A stretch of 32,000 bases of DNA, from positions 2,220,001 through 2,252,000 of the forward strand of contig NC_010296.1 in NCBI RefSeq assembly GCF_000010625.1, in the 5' to 3' direction. The stretch's first letter is position 1; each line of letters starts with the position of its first letter. The DNA is from Microcystis aeruginosa NIES-843. GTDB lineage: Bacteria > Cyanobacteriota > Cyanobacteriia > Cyanobacteriales > Microcystaceae. This document shows positions 17,041-26,484 of the stretch, piece by piece. The notes below the pieces were generated by a model. It saw nothing but the letters and a program-made list of their open reading frames with translations, searched no databases and was not told where the DNA came from. The position numbers were made by a program, and so were the translations under genes.

Positions 17041-17427
17041 CTATTCCCTTAGAGGAGGGCGCAAACCTCGTTCAACTGCTACTTTTAAAGCACGAGCTTT
17101 ATAAATTAAACCGCGCCGGTAAACCTGCATCAGTGTATCTAGTTGGTTGACTCCAGCTTGATTAAGTTCTCCTTCTTGATTCTGGGCTAAAAGACTACTG
17201 AATAACTCTTGCTGTTCAGCTTCCATTTGCAGGTCACAGAGGGCTAAAATTTGGTTATCTGGCAAAGATTCGATGGAGAGTTCGCTGATAGCGTAGTCAA
17301 TCCATTCGACTAAGATTTCTTCTAATCGTCGATGAGTAAGTGCTGCAATTTGTTTAGCTTGTTCGGCTAAGGCTTCAGGCAGTTCTAGGGTGACAGTTTC
17401 AGTCATTTTTTCTTTATTATGCCGCAT
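17041..17427 (-). CDS. Hypothetical protein, possible RHH-like partner of the HNH endonuclease
   Basis: The stop (17041-17043) abuts the HNH ATG (17038-17040). The N-terminus TVTLELPEALAEQAKQIAALTHRRLEEILVEW looks like a strand-helix-helix (RHH-like) segment. The likely start is Met8 (17406). Confidence 0.5.
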   Translation of the reverse strand: MRHNKEKMTETVTLELPEALAEQAKQIAALTHRRLEEILVEWIDYAISELSIESLPDNQILALCDLQMEAEQQELFSSLLAQNQEGELNQAGVNQLDTLMQVYRRGLIYKARALKVAVERGLRPPLRE

Positions 17428-17546
17428 AAGAGAGCTTTCAATTCAGAACCCCCAAACTTGGGATGCAGGGGATCTTCCCCATATAGTCTTAGAGAAATCG
17501 CCTAAACCGAGGCTCTCCTATTTTACAATAAAACCGTTAAATCTGA

Positions 17547-17729
17547 CTAACTGCTATAGTTAAAACATGGCGGCTCTATGGTTCCGGTTATCGCATTTAC
17601 TTTGGACAAATCGGGACAACGATTATCTTACTCCTGTGTGGAGGAGATAAAAAAACGCAAGCTAAAGACATTGAAATAGCCCAAAAATATTGGCAAGATT
17701 ATAGGAGGCGAGAAAATGCCAGTCAGTGA
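17547..17729 (+). pseudogene. C-terminal remnant of a RelE/HI1419-type addiction-module killer gene
   Basis: An open frame without a start codon reads ...RLYGSGYRIYFGQIGTTIILLLCGGDKKTQAKDIEIAQKYWQDYRRRENASQ*. This matches the C-terminal third of the HI1419/RelE-like family. It overlaps the antidote ATG (17716) by 14 nt. Confidence 0.55.
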
Positions 17730-17763
17730 TAGTTATCATGATTCCCTGATCGAATCCCTTAAA

Positions 17764-19751
17764 CCCGCATTTCTCACAAAAAGTACGATCACCAACCCCC
17801 GAAGCCTTACAAAATCTGGGTTTTGACTGGGTGATCGCCTTGTAGCAAAAACGACAGTGTGTTGTTAGGATTCAACTTAAGCTCATCATCAATTAGACCT
17901 TGAAAAAAGAACAAATTTAAAATGCGTATTTTTAGGTTAATTAGTTGATAAAGTCTCAATTTTAAGTAGAGAATGAAGTCAAAAGCTTGCTATAATTTAA
18001 TCATTAAAACTATTTAAAGTATGTCAAGTTTATGACTCCTAGTTCAGACCAGTCTCGACTCAATCAATTAAATTTTGGAAACCTCAATGGAAGACAAGTA
18101 ATCGCTAATTTTGAGGGAGGAAAAATCACCTCAGATGCAGGAATTATTTTGATGGCAGAGTTAGACCAAAAGCTAAAAATAACGGCTCGGTTTGCCGAAT
18201 GTTTTCGAGATTATCGAAATTCATCCTATCTAGATTATTCAGTTCATGAACTACTCGCACAAAGAGTTTATGGGATAGTTTTGGGATATGAGGATGTCAA
18301 TGATCATGATAAATTACGTCATGCTCCAGCTTTAGCAATAGCATTGAAAAAACTAAATTTTATTGACTCAGCCCAAGCAAATTTAGCGGGAAAAAGTACA
18401 ATTAATCGACTAGAATATTGTCCGGAAACAGTCATCAATCAAGAGAACAGTCGTTACCATAAAATCGAGCCTAACCCCAAAGAAATTGAAAAAGCTTTTG
18501 TGGACATCTTTCTAGAATCCTACAAAAAGCCACCGAAACCAATTATTTTAGACATGGATGTCACCGATGACCAAGTGCATGGAAATCAAGAGGGAGCGTT
18601 TTTCAATACTTATTATAAAGGAGTGTGTTATGCTCCTTTGTATATTTTCTGTGAGCATCATTTATTAGTAGCTAAACTCCGGTCTTCTCATGTAGATACT
18701 GCTGGAGGAGCATTAGAAGAATTGCAGCGAATAATCGGTATAATTCGAGAAAAATGGTCAGATACGCAGATATTAGTACGAGGAGATAGTGCCTATTCCC
18801 GTGAAGATATCATGAAATTTTGCGAAAGTCAAGCAGGAGTTGATTATGTTTTAGCAATGGCAACGAATAGTCAATTAAAATTACGAGCGACCGATGTAAT
18901 TGAGAAAGCTAAGGCAGATTACGAGCAAAGACTTCAGCCAGTTACTGAATTAATGGAGACGTTATTTTCTCCCGATGAAGAGTTAGGAGAATTGGCGAAA
19001 TTGGTACCAGAATCGACTTGGTATCGTTCCCTATGTTATCAAACCCAAAAATCCTGGAGCCGTTCAAGAAGAGTGGTGACAAAAGTTTGTCCTGGTAGTG
19101 AGGGCGTAAAAATTCGCCACGTTGTGACTTCTTTACCTGCATCAAAGATTCCCCCATCTAAACTTTACACTGAAAAATATTGCCCCAGAGGTGAGAGGTC
19201 AAATCGAATTAAAGAGCAACAATTAGACTTATTTGCTGACCGGAATTCGACACAGACATTTGAGAGTAATCAATTAAGACTTTGGTTGTCATCAATGGCT
19301 TATGTTTTAATGCAAGCTTTTCGTCAAAATTGTTTGGCTAAAACTTCTTTTGCCAAAGCGACAGTGGGAACAATTCGCCTTAATTTCCTTAAATTAGGAG
19401 CTAGAATTACTGTTAGTGTCAGAAGAATTTTAATCGCAATTGCCAGTTCTTGTCCCTATCAAGATATTTTAGCGATAGCTTACTCTAGAATTCAAGCGAT
19501 AGCGGGAACTGGATAAGTTGAAGAGTTTTCAAAGATCATTAAATAGTCTTAAAAATGGCTGCTTATAAATTCAGCTAACTTTGTCGTGAACATTTTCCCT
19601 AATTGACGGAATTTTTCCAGTAATTCAGGAATTTTTTGATTAGTTTAGTCAGATTATTCCTTGATAACTAAGCGGGTTTCTCTTATTTTTGAAAAACACC
19701 AACTTTTAACCTCCAAATTAGGTTCTTAATTCAGTTTGTGAGAAATGCGGG
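17764..19751 (+). mobile_element. IS1380-family insertion sequence
   Basis: Inverted ends CCCGCATTTCTCACAAA (17764-) and TTTGTGAGAAATGCGGG (-19751). 5-bp direct repeat TTAAA at 17759-17763 and 19752-19756. Confidence 0.8.
18032..19516 (+). CDS. IS1380-family DDE transposase
   Basis: 494 aa. FEGGKITSDAGIILMAELDQKL and LLAQRVYGIVLGYEDVNDHDKLRH are motifs I associate with IS1380-type (DDE_Tnp_1 group) transposases. Confidence 0.8.
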   Translation: MTPSSDQSRLNQLNFGNLNGRQVIANFEGGKITSDAGIILMAELDQKLKITARFAECFRDYRNSSYLDYSVHELLAQRVYGIVLGYEDVNDHDKLRHAPALAIALKKLNFIDSAQANLAGKSTINRLEYCPETVINQENSRYHKIEPNPKEIEKAFVDIFLESYKKPPKPIILDMDVTDDQVHGNQEGAFFNTYYKGVCYAPLYIFCEHHLLVAKLRSSHVDTAGGALEELQRIIGIIREKWSDTQILVRGDSAYSREDIMKFCESQAGVDYVLAMATNSQLKLRATDVIEKAKADYEQRLQPVTELMETLFSPDEELGELAKLVPESTWYRSLCYQTQKSWSRSRRVVTKVCPGSEGVKIRHVVTSLPASKIPPSKLYTEKYCPRGERSNRIKEQQLDLFADRNSTQTFESNQLRLWLSSMAYVLMQAFRQNCLAKTSFAKATVGTIRLNFLKLGARITVSVRRILIAIASSCPYQDILAIAYSRIQAIAGTG

Positions 19752-20049
19752 TTAAAGATACCCATTATGCAGCAGTTTATTTGGAAACTCATCTAGAGGG
19801 AGATGAATATGGATTTGAATCAGAATTACTCAGACTCTCCTTCAATCACGTCCTAGAAGCCCTTGGCTCCCAAAATCTAACACCAGAACAAATCAAAATT
19901 CAGGCGAAGCAATTGGAAGAATTAATGCAAAAACCTGCCCCTGAAGCCATGAATCAACTAACCTCTTGGCTCCAAGCTTTAGGATTGAGATTAACGATAA
20001 CAGTCGCTCCAAAAATGCCAGAAATAAATCATCAAAATGACGCTGTTAG

Positions 20050-21412
20050 TGGGACTTAAACAAATTTCAAGCCCAAACAAAGCCTAAACTGGCTTTGTAA
20101 GCGGCAAACACATCCCGATTCTCGGTCAGCCACTCAAAGAAACGGAAAGACATCGCTGTCCGAAAAGCTTCCAAGGCTTCCACAAAAGTGTTTAAAGGTC
20201 GATTCGCCCACCGCCTTTGCAATCCCCCAGTTAACTGATGCCACAGGATAAATGTATAGGCACAAAACACCAAGATAAAATGACGAAGTAAGCTTCGTTT
20301 ATCCCTGACTTGATATTCCCTTAACCCTAACCATCCTTTGGCTTCTCGGTAGAATACTTCCACCCAATTTCTTTCGGTGTAAGTCCTCACTATCCACGAA
20401 GCTGTTACTGTATCTGCCTCAACTACATTGGTGATGAAATAGTCAACCTCTGTTGCTTTTTCCATTGAACTTGCATTCATGACGATCGCCAAGTTCCTTT
20501 CTCCTTCTAGTTGAGATATTTTCGCTCTGAATACCGCTACCCAAACCGTTTTCTCTTTATCTAGATTTAGGGTGATTTTCTCCCAATCCTTTTCTGATAG
20601 GCTTTTTGCTAGTTGCTCAAGCTGGATTGTTTCTTCCACACCCCCTTCTTTTTCAATAATTACTTTTCGATTTTTTGCCAATCCTCCTAAGTATTTTAGC
20701 TTTCTTTCTTCCAGGGCTTTGAGAAAATTTGTGTTGTTGCCATAACCAGCATCTATTAAGACGATTTTCGGTCGATAGCCTCTGGTTAAGCTCCGGTCAA
20801 TTAAATCTATCGCTATCTCCGGTTTCTTCTTAAATTCTTTGTCTTCTTTCCCCTCGGCTAAGGAACTAGCCGGTTGATAAATTTCAATGTCTAGGGGGAC
20901 ACTTTTTTTGCCGTCGTAGAGATGGGTAGTGACGGCGACTATTCCGTTGTCTGTCTTGCCAATTTCTCCTAGGTACTGCCTGCCAACTCCGGCGGTCAGA
21001 TTGCCACTTTTTCGATGTCCTGAGTCATCGACAATCAGGGAAAATCCTCGGGGGATTTGCGTCTGGCGGCATTGGTTCATCACTTGCAACCGACATTCAT
21101 TCACCTGACGGTCTGACCAGGGAGATTCGGTCAAAAAGTGATGTAATCGGTTATAAACTACTCCGACGGCATTATTGGCCATTTGAGTGAGGTTTTTCCG
21201 CTCACTTTCCCCTAATAATCCTCCTAAATATTGTCTGAAGCCGTTTTTTTGCGCTTCGTTTTTGAAGCAATTGTCAAACCGCCGACACCATCGGTCAAAG
21301 CATGGGGGCATCGCGGCTGGGGTTGTCTCTTTCATCGCTGATCTTTCAACGTAAAGTGCTTACTCTTTAACGATTATACTCGATTTGATCTTTATTTGGC
21401 GTTTAAGTCCCA
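20050..21412 (-). mobile_element. IS701-family insertion sequence
   Basis: Inverted ends TGGGACTTAAAC (20050-) and GTTTAAGTCCCA (-21412). 4-bp direct repeat TTAG at 20046-20049 and 21413-21416. Confidence 0.8.
20067..21335 (-). CDS. IS701-family DDE transposase
   Basis: 422 aa. The N-terminus ...FDRWCRRFDNCFKNEAQKNGFRQYLGGLLGESERKNLTQMA and the LIVDDSGHRKSG / VLIDAGYGN blocks are typical of IS701-like (DDE_5) transposases. Confidence 0.85.
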   Translation of the reverse strand: MKETTPAAMPPCFDRWCRRFDNCFKNEAQKNGFRQYLGGLLGESERKNLTQMANNAVGVVYNRLHHFLTESPWSDRQVNECRLQVMNQCRQTQIPRGFSLIVDDSGHRKSGNLTAGVGRQYLGEIGKTDNGIVAVTTHLYDGKKSVPLDIEIYQPASSLAEGKEDKEFKKKPEIAIDLIDRSLTRGYRPKIVLIDAGYGNNTNFLKALEERKLKYLGGLAKNRKVIIEKEGGVEETIQLEQLAKSLSEKDWEKITLNLDKEKTVWVAVFRAKISQLEGERNLAIVMNASSMEKATEVDYFITNVVEADTVTASWIVRTYTERNWVEVFYREAKGWLGLREYQVRDKRSLLRHFILVFCAYTFILWHQLTGGLQRRWANRPLNTFVEALEAFRTAMSFRFFEWLTENRDVFAAYKASLGFVWA

Positions 21413-21437
21413 TTAGTTCAATCGAGATTACAGTATA

Positions 21438-21464
21438 GTTCAGCAAGCTTAGTAAATGCTGAAC
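21438..21464. terminator. Candidate bidirectional hairpin between the convergent antidote and CHAT genes
   Basis: GTTCAGCA (21438-21445) pairs with TGCTGAAC (21457-21464) across an 11-nt loop. There is no adjacent U-tract, so terminator function is uncertain. Confidence 0.3.
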
Positions 21465-21506
21465 CTCAGCAAGTCGTTTTCGGGCTTAACCGAGTAGTAT
21501 TGGGTC

Positions 21507-23951
21507 TTATTCTGCTTCTCCAATCAGAGTAAATGCCGCCCAATCTTTCGGATTAGGATGGTTTTTCATGGTGGTTAACATTGCCTGTCGCAACGCCTGC
21601 GCTTTATCGAGCTTTTTCTCTTGCCAATTGCGATAAAATTCAGTCATTAAACTTGCAGTAGGTGCATCAGGAACTGACCACAAAGAGACTATAACGCTGG
21701 GCGTTCCCGCTAAAATCAACGAACGAGATAAACCAATCACCCCATCACCTGTAATATCGCCTCTTCCTGTATCGCAAGCACTTAAAACGACTAATTCAGC
21801 ATTGAGCTTGAGTTGGAGTATTTCATCGTAGGTTAAAAATCCGTCATCATTGGCAGAGGGATTCGGTGCTAAGGCGATCGCACCATTTCTTAGTTTAGCT
21901 AGTTCTGCTTTATTGAGCCAACTTACTAGGGTTGTTCCCCTAGCATTTTCCCCTGTAGCATCGGTATTATCTAACAATCCATGAGTTGCTAAATGAATAA
22001 TTCTAGCATTAGGTAATTGAGCAATAATAGCGGTTTCTGTTGCCTCTTGGTTGAGAAGAGGTTTAACCTGGAGTAATTTAGCAATAGCGATCGCTTCTTG
22101 TTCTGCACCGGGTAAAGAGGGTAATTGTTTAGGAGGATTGCCTAAACTTGGCATTACGGGATTGCCAACAATTAATATTTTGTTAATAGCTTCTGGGGAA
22201 AGATGAGCGTGTTGTTGCTTAATTTGATGGGTGAAATCGAGTATTTGAATGGCTGGAGAAGTAATGATAGTATGCTGAGAAATTAAATAGTTATTTTGGG
22301 GATCTTGCAGTGCGGGAAAAGGGACTAAATAAAGAGAGCGGTGAGGAATAAAAATAACCTTTGCTTCGGGATTAGTTGGCAGAAGTTCGGCAATAGGTTG
22401 AATCAGGATTTGATAGAGTTGTTGAAGACGTTGTGTTTGTCCCGATGCACTTCCATTAATAGTAACAAGTTCAATACTTGCACCTCGTCCTCTTACACCT
22501 AACGATTCTCGCCCACTTTTAACGAGTTCGTCGAGAGCAATTTTTTTTGACTTAAGATCGACTTGACGAAATTCTATTTTGCCTGTCGGTTGTACAACCC
22601 AAATGTAGAGTTCTCCAGGGGTTCCTTGAGATTGTTTTCTCCCGTGACGCAGTTGATCGTTTTCTTCGGGGATAATTGAATATTCAACTAAGGTTGCATT
22701 TTGGGTTTGAGCAATTTTTTTGATTTCTTGGAGACTTAGTTTTAACTTAGAAATAAATTGGGGATTTGCAGAAAGTTTCTTGACGAGCAAGTTAACAAAG
22801 GCACGAGCGCGACCATGTTCAGCAGTTTCCAGTGCTTCATCATAGCGTTTTTGCGCAACTAATACTCGTTGTAGGAGAATATAAGTAACGAGGGTATCGA
22901 ATTGAGAAACCTGCAAGCGATCGGGTAAATCAGAGCGAAATTTATCCCAAATATCGATAGCTTCTCGCAAACTTTTTTCGGCTTCTGAAAATTGTTTAGC
23001 ATCTAATTGATTGTTGCCTAAATTATTGAGTGCCATGGCAATTGGTTCAGGATTGCCTAGCCCTCTAGCAATGGCTAAACTTTGCTGATAGTATTGAATC
23101 GCTTTGAGATAATCTTTCTCTTGATCTCGATGAAATAATCCCAAAGTGCCTAATACGGAACGCTCTAATACTTTATTGCTGTTTTCTCTAGCAATAGTTA
23201 AGCTTCGTTGATAGTCATGAAATGCTTGTTGGATATATTGCTTATTTCCGGTATCTTGACCTAAAGTTTGATAAACAATTCCTCGATTATGTAAAATGTT
23301 TCCTATGATAGCTTTTATATTTAACTTTTCTGCTAATTCTGAACTCTGATTGTAAGCTTTTTCTGCCAATTCTAAACTCTGATTGTAAGTTTCTATAGCT
23401 TTATCGTAATTATTTAATTGAGTATAAACAAGGGCAATATGTGATAATGCAGATGCTTGACTTGATAGATCATTTGTTTCTCGAGCAATTTTCAAAGTTT
23501 TTTGGAAATAATCAAGTGCAGTGTCATAATCTGCCAGCCTCAAATAATTAATGCCTATATTTTCTAATAGCGTTGTTTCTTCAGGATTGTTATGGTTTTG
23601 ATAGATGGGTTGTGCTTGGTCGAAATATTCAAAAGATTTTCCTAATTCTCCTAATTCTCGATGGACAACACCCAAATTGATCAACAGTGAACCTTTTAAA
23701 AATGAGTTAGACAAAGATTCAGCCAGTAATAACCCTTGCTTCCAGAGTTGTAAGGCTTCTTTTAGTTGACCTGTCTCAAAAGCTTGATTGCCCTGTTTGA
23801 GTAGTTGTCTTACTTCATTTTCTTGAGAATTGGGCGATTGTGCTAATAGAAATTGCTGAGATATAAGAGGTTCTGAGCATAATTTCTCTGCCAATGTCAC
23901 GACAAAACAAGCAATAATTAAAGTGACTCCAATCGCCTTGAGTTTCATCAA
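21507..23951 (-). CDS. TPR-repeat CHAT-domain protein (caspase-like protease), signal/anchor at N-terminus, coupled to tpsA
   Basis: 814 aa. N-terminus MMKLKAIGVTLIIACFVVTL, multiple TPR units, and a CHAT dyad in IIHLATHGLL and LVVLSACDTG. The likely ATG is at 23948, overlapping the upstream TGA (TGATG). Confidence 0.9.
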   Translation of the reverse strand: MMKLKAIGVTLIIACFVVTLAEKLCSEPLISQQFLLAQSPNSQENEVRQLLKQGNQAFETGQLKEALQLWKQGLLLAESLSNSFLKGSLLINLGVVHRELGELGKSFEYFDQAQPIYQNHNNPEETTLLENIGINYLRLADYDTALDYFQKTLKIARETNDLSSQASALSHIALVYTQLNNYDKAIETYNQSLELAEKAYNQSSELAEKLNIKAIIGNILHNRGIVYQTLGQDTGNKQYIQQAFHDYQRSLTIARENSNKVLERSVLGTLGLFHRDQEKDYLKAIQYYQQSLAIARGLGNPEPIAMALNNLGNNQLDAKQFSEAEKSLREAIDIWDKFRSDLPDRLQVSQFDTLVTYILLQRVLVAQKRYDEALETAEHGRARAFVNLLVKKLSANPQFISKLKLSLQEIKKIAQTQNATLVEYSIIPEENDQLRHGRKQSQGTPGELYIWVVQPTGKIEFRQVDLKSKKIALDELVKSGRESLGVRGRGASIELVTINGSASGQTQRLQQLYQILIQPIAELLPTNPEAKVIFIPHRSLYLVPFPALQDPQNNYLISQHTIITSPAIQILDFTHQIKQQHAHLSPEAINKILIVGNPVMPSLGNPPKQLPSLPGAEQEAIAIAKLLQVKPLLNQEATETAIIAQLPNARIIHLATHGLLDNTDATGENARGTTLVSWLNKAELAKLRNGAIALAPNPSANDDGFLTYDEILQLKLNAELVVLSACDTGRGDITGDGVIGLSRSLILAGTPSVIVSLWSVPDAPTASLMTEFYRNWQEKKLDKAQALRQAMLTTMKNHPNPKDWAAFTLIGEAE

Positions 23952-26392
23952 TATCCTTCAATTTGCAAAAGACTTCTGGGTGGGGTTGTTGGAACTTGGC
24001 ATCTACCTGAGCCTTCAGTGGATTCTCCTACTTTTTTATCAGTAGTAGGTTGGTTAGGTTCTTCTACAGGCTTTTGGCTAATAGTTGCATTATTCTCGGT
24101 ATCATTGGTGTCACAAACTGTGCTTGTACCTTGTAGTTGTTGTGTATTGCTATTAGGATTAGTATTATTAGAATTAGAATCGCGATTTGTATTACCTGGA
24201 TCGCCACCACTTGCTAGGCTTGTATTAGTAGTAAACATTACCATACCTCCTGTTTGGCCTCGATGATCAGTTCTTGTAAATGATTTAATATCTCCACCAG
24301 TGCCGCTAATTCCCTGAGGAATTACCTCACTACCTGCAATAAAACCAAAACTACTGTTACCCCCATTAATAACTAAGCCGCTACCTAATTGAACAGTTAA
24401 CCCTCCGTGAGAAATCGAAAGAATAGGTCGTTGAGGAAATGGATTATTCGGTGTAATCGAACCCCCTTTTAATCCATCTATCAAAAGAATACTTCCAAGA
24501 TTATCAGTATTAGTAAATTTTCTTGTTATTACCTCAGTTACACGAAAAACACCAGAAGCATCAGCCGTAAAACCAAAATCATTTACATTTTCACCCACAA
24601 AAATAATCTCAATTCCCTTTGCAATAATATCACCTCGATCAAGGTCTATAAACACATTGCCTTGAGAGCCAGTAATTATCAATTGGTTTTGCTGAGCGTT
24701 CAGGTTTATATTGTTAGTCGCACTGAGCCTTCCTGCGTTAATATCTCCATTAGTTGCCGTTAAATTTATCTCACCACCTGTCATAAAATCGGTGAAGGTT
24801 GTCCCCGATAGAGGAATATTTTTATCAGCCGTATTAATATTACCTGCTACAATGTTTTTGGCTGTTATGGTGACTACTTTTCCAGGTGCGAAAATAGTAT
24901 CATTAGGATTCATCACAAAGTTGCCACCTGCCGTAAATGTGATCGAAGTAGTTGAGGTATCTTTAAACTCTAAAATATTATTTGCCAAATCTTCGACAGT
25001 AATGTTATTACTCGCTTCTAAAGTAATATCCCCTTTCATGTTTTCAAGAGTTTCTTCTGAAATCGTGGCATTAGAACTATTGCTAATAATAATATTTTCT
25101 GGATCTAAAAATATGCTTCCCGATTGACCATTAACTGCACCAACATCTACATTTCCTCGAAAACTTAAATTCTTTTTTCCCGAAACCTCAACAAAACCAC
25201 CATTTCCTGATTCCGTTCCACCCCGTGCAGTAATATTGCCATCAAATCTCGTTGTATTATTTGCCCAAGCAATGACTTTCCCACCATCCCCGTTCATCAA
25301 AGCATCGGCATCAATGATGGAATCCTGACTGATATATGTCTGCGTTGCATTAGGAATCGTTCCTTTTCCCTGGTAATCACCACCAATTAACGCAACTCCA
25401 CCGCCATTAATCCCCGACACATCAATCTTGCCACTAATCACACCAACCTTATCCCCTAATACCTGCACTTCACCCCCAGTCGTTCCTGACGCATCTAAAA
25501 TTCCCGATGCAATCACTGTCCCTGCTTGTTGGGGAATTTCCGTTTGAGAATGAGTCAGGCGAACTCGGCCATCTCCTGTTACTTCAACTCCTGTTGCATG
25601 GGTGAGGTTGCCACCTGTCAGTAGTTGAGGCAAAGATAGAGGGGTAAAACTTTGCCTATCTGCGTTGAGGGAAGTTTTGACCGCAACAGGTAAATCCAAA
25701 CTCAGCAGACTTCCTTGAGGGGTAACGCGTATCAGTTGTTCCCCTTTGACAGCAGCAATGGTAATATTCCCTTCTGGGGCTTTCAGGGTTCCTGTATTGA
25801 TGACCGTTCCCCCCAACAGAGTGATATTATTTCCTTGAGGAACGGCTAAATTACCTGCATTAATAATTGCCCCTGCATGGCTATCTGTAAAAGCAAAGGC
25901 GTTGGGAGTTCCAATTAAGTCAGCATAATTGTTGCTGCCCATTGCCTTAAACCAATAATCCCCTACCTGTATCCCCGTAGCGGTTGTGGCAGTAAAGGAA
26001 CCAGGAACGTTTAAACTGGCATTAGGACCGAAGATAATTCCCGCAGGATTGACGAGATAGAGATTAGAATTAGCCCCTGAGACTTGAATTAACCCATTGA
26101 TAACTGAGGCATTACCCCCAACGACTCGACCTAAGATATTAGAAATGCTAGGATTTGATTGAAAGTTTGCTGTCTGACCTTGAGAAAGTCCAAATTGATC
26201 GAAGCTGTGAAAGAGATTGCTTCCCGCTTGTTTCCCACCACTAATATCAAATTGGTTGTTATTAATAATAATCACTGTTCCCGTTCCATCTGGCGTAGCA
26301 GTAATCTGGGACTTAACAGGGGAAACGCCACAGGTTGCCACTAAGATTAAGGAAGACCAAAGATAATGGATTGGTTTCACAGGACTCCTCAC
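23948..26392 (-). CDS. Filamentous-haemagglutinin-type TpsA exoprotein (N-terminal TPS domain + beta-helix repeats)
   Basis: Signal peptide, then TPS-domain motifs NLFHSFDQFGL and LYLVNPAGIIFGPNASLNV, followed by Gly/Asn-rich beta-helix-like repeats. The C-terminal ~90 aa are N/S/T/P-rich. An alternative start is the GTG at 26380, preceded by GAGGAG (26385-26390). Confidence 0.9.
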   Translation of the reverse strand: MRSPVKPIHYLWSSLILVATCGVSPVKSQITATPDGTGTVIIINNNQFDISGGKQAGSNLFHSFDQFGLSQGQTANFQSNPSISNILGRVVGGNASVINGLIQVSGANSNLYLVNPAGIIFGPNASLNVPGSFTATTATGIQVGDYWFKAMGSNNYADLIGTPNAFAFTDSHAGAIINAGNLAVPQGNNITLLGGTVINTGTLKAPEGNITIAAVKGEQLIRVTPQGSLLSLDLPVAVKTSLNADRQSFTPLSLPQLLTGGNLTHATGVEVTGDGRVRLTHSQTEIPQQAGTVIASGILDASGTTGGEVQVLGDKVGVISGKIDVSGINGGGVALIGGDYQGKGTIPNATQTYISQDSIIDADALMNGDGGKVIAWANNTTRFDGNITARGGTESGNGGFVEVSGKKNLSFRGNVDVGAVNGQSGSIFLDPENIIISNSSNATISEETLENMKGDITLEASNNITVEDLANNILEFKDTSTTSITFTAGGNFVMNPNDTIFAPGKVVTITAKNIVAGNINTADKNIPLSGTTFTDFMTGGEINLTATNGDINAGRLSATNNINLNAQQNQLIITGSQGNVFIDLDRGDIIAKGIEIIFVGENVNDFGFTADASGVFRVTEVITRKFTNTDNLGSILLIDGLKGGSITPNNPFPQRPILSISHGGLTVQLGSGLVINGGNSSFGFIAGSEVIPQGISGTGGDIKSFTRTDHRGQTGGMVMFTTNTSLASGGDPGNTNRDSNSNNTNPNSNTQQLQGTSTVCDTNDTENNATISQKPVEEPNQPTTDKKVGESTEGSGRCQVPTTPPRSLLQIEGY

Positions 26393-26456
26393 TGTAAATG
26401 CTTTGCCTTCAATTCTGCTAAAACTCCTTCAAAGGGAAACATTAACGACACAAATC

Positions 26457-26484
26457 TTGACAATTAAGCTTATTTATGTAAATT
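26457..26484 (+). promoter_or_regulatory. Candidate sigma70-type promoter for tpsB
   Basis: TTGACA (26457-26462), a 16-nt spacer, then TAAATT (26479-26484). It overlaps a tandem ATTTATGTAA x2. It lies about 90 nt upstream of the ATG at 26576, which is preceded by GAGGAG. Confidence 0.25.

Larger units (their letters stand above)
17716..21438 (+). pseudogene. HI1420/HigA-like addiction-module antidote homologue, copy 2, disrupted by IS1380-like and IS701-like elements
   Basis: AGGAGG at 17704-17709. MPVSDSYHDSLIESLK (17716-17763) joins in frame to DTHYAAVYLETHLEGDEYGF... (19757 onward) once the IS plus TTAAA is removed. Removing 20050-21412 plus TTAG replaces the tail SGT* with SSIEITV* (stop 21436-21438). 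Confidence 0.7.

Noticed and set aside
19745-19756. ATG start of track ORF 19745-20059 (MRVK...)
   Set aside because: The ATG lies in the IS1380 terminal repeat and TSD. The real start is the ATG at 17716, upstream of the insertion.
21507-26392. TpsA and the coupled CHAT protein are both listed as exactly 814 aa
   Set aside because: There is no sequence similarity between them and both start codons are uncertain, so this is a coincidence.
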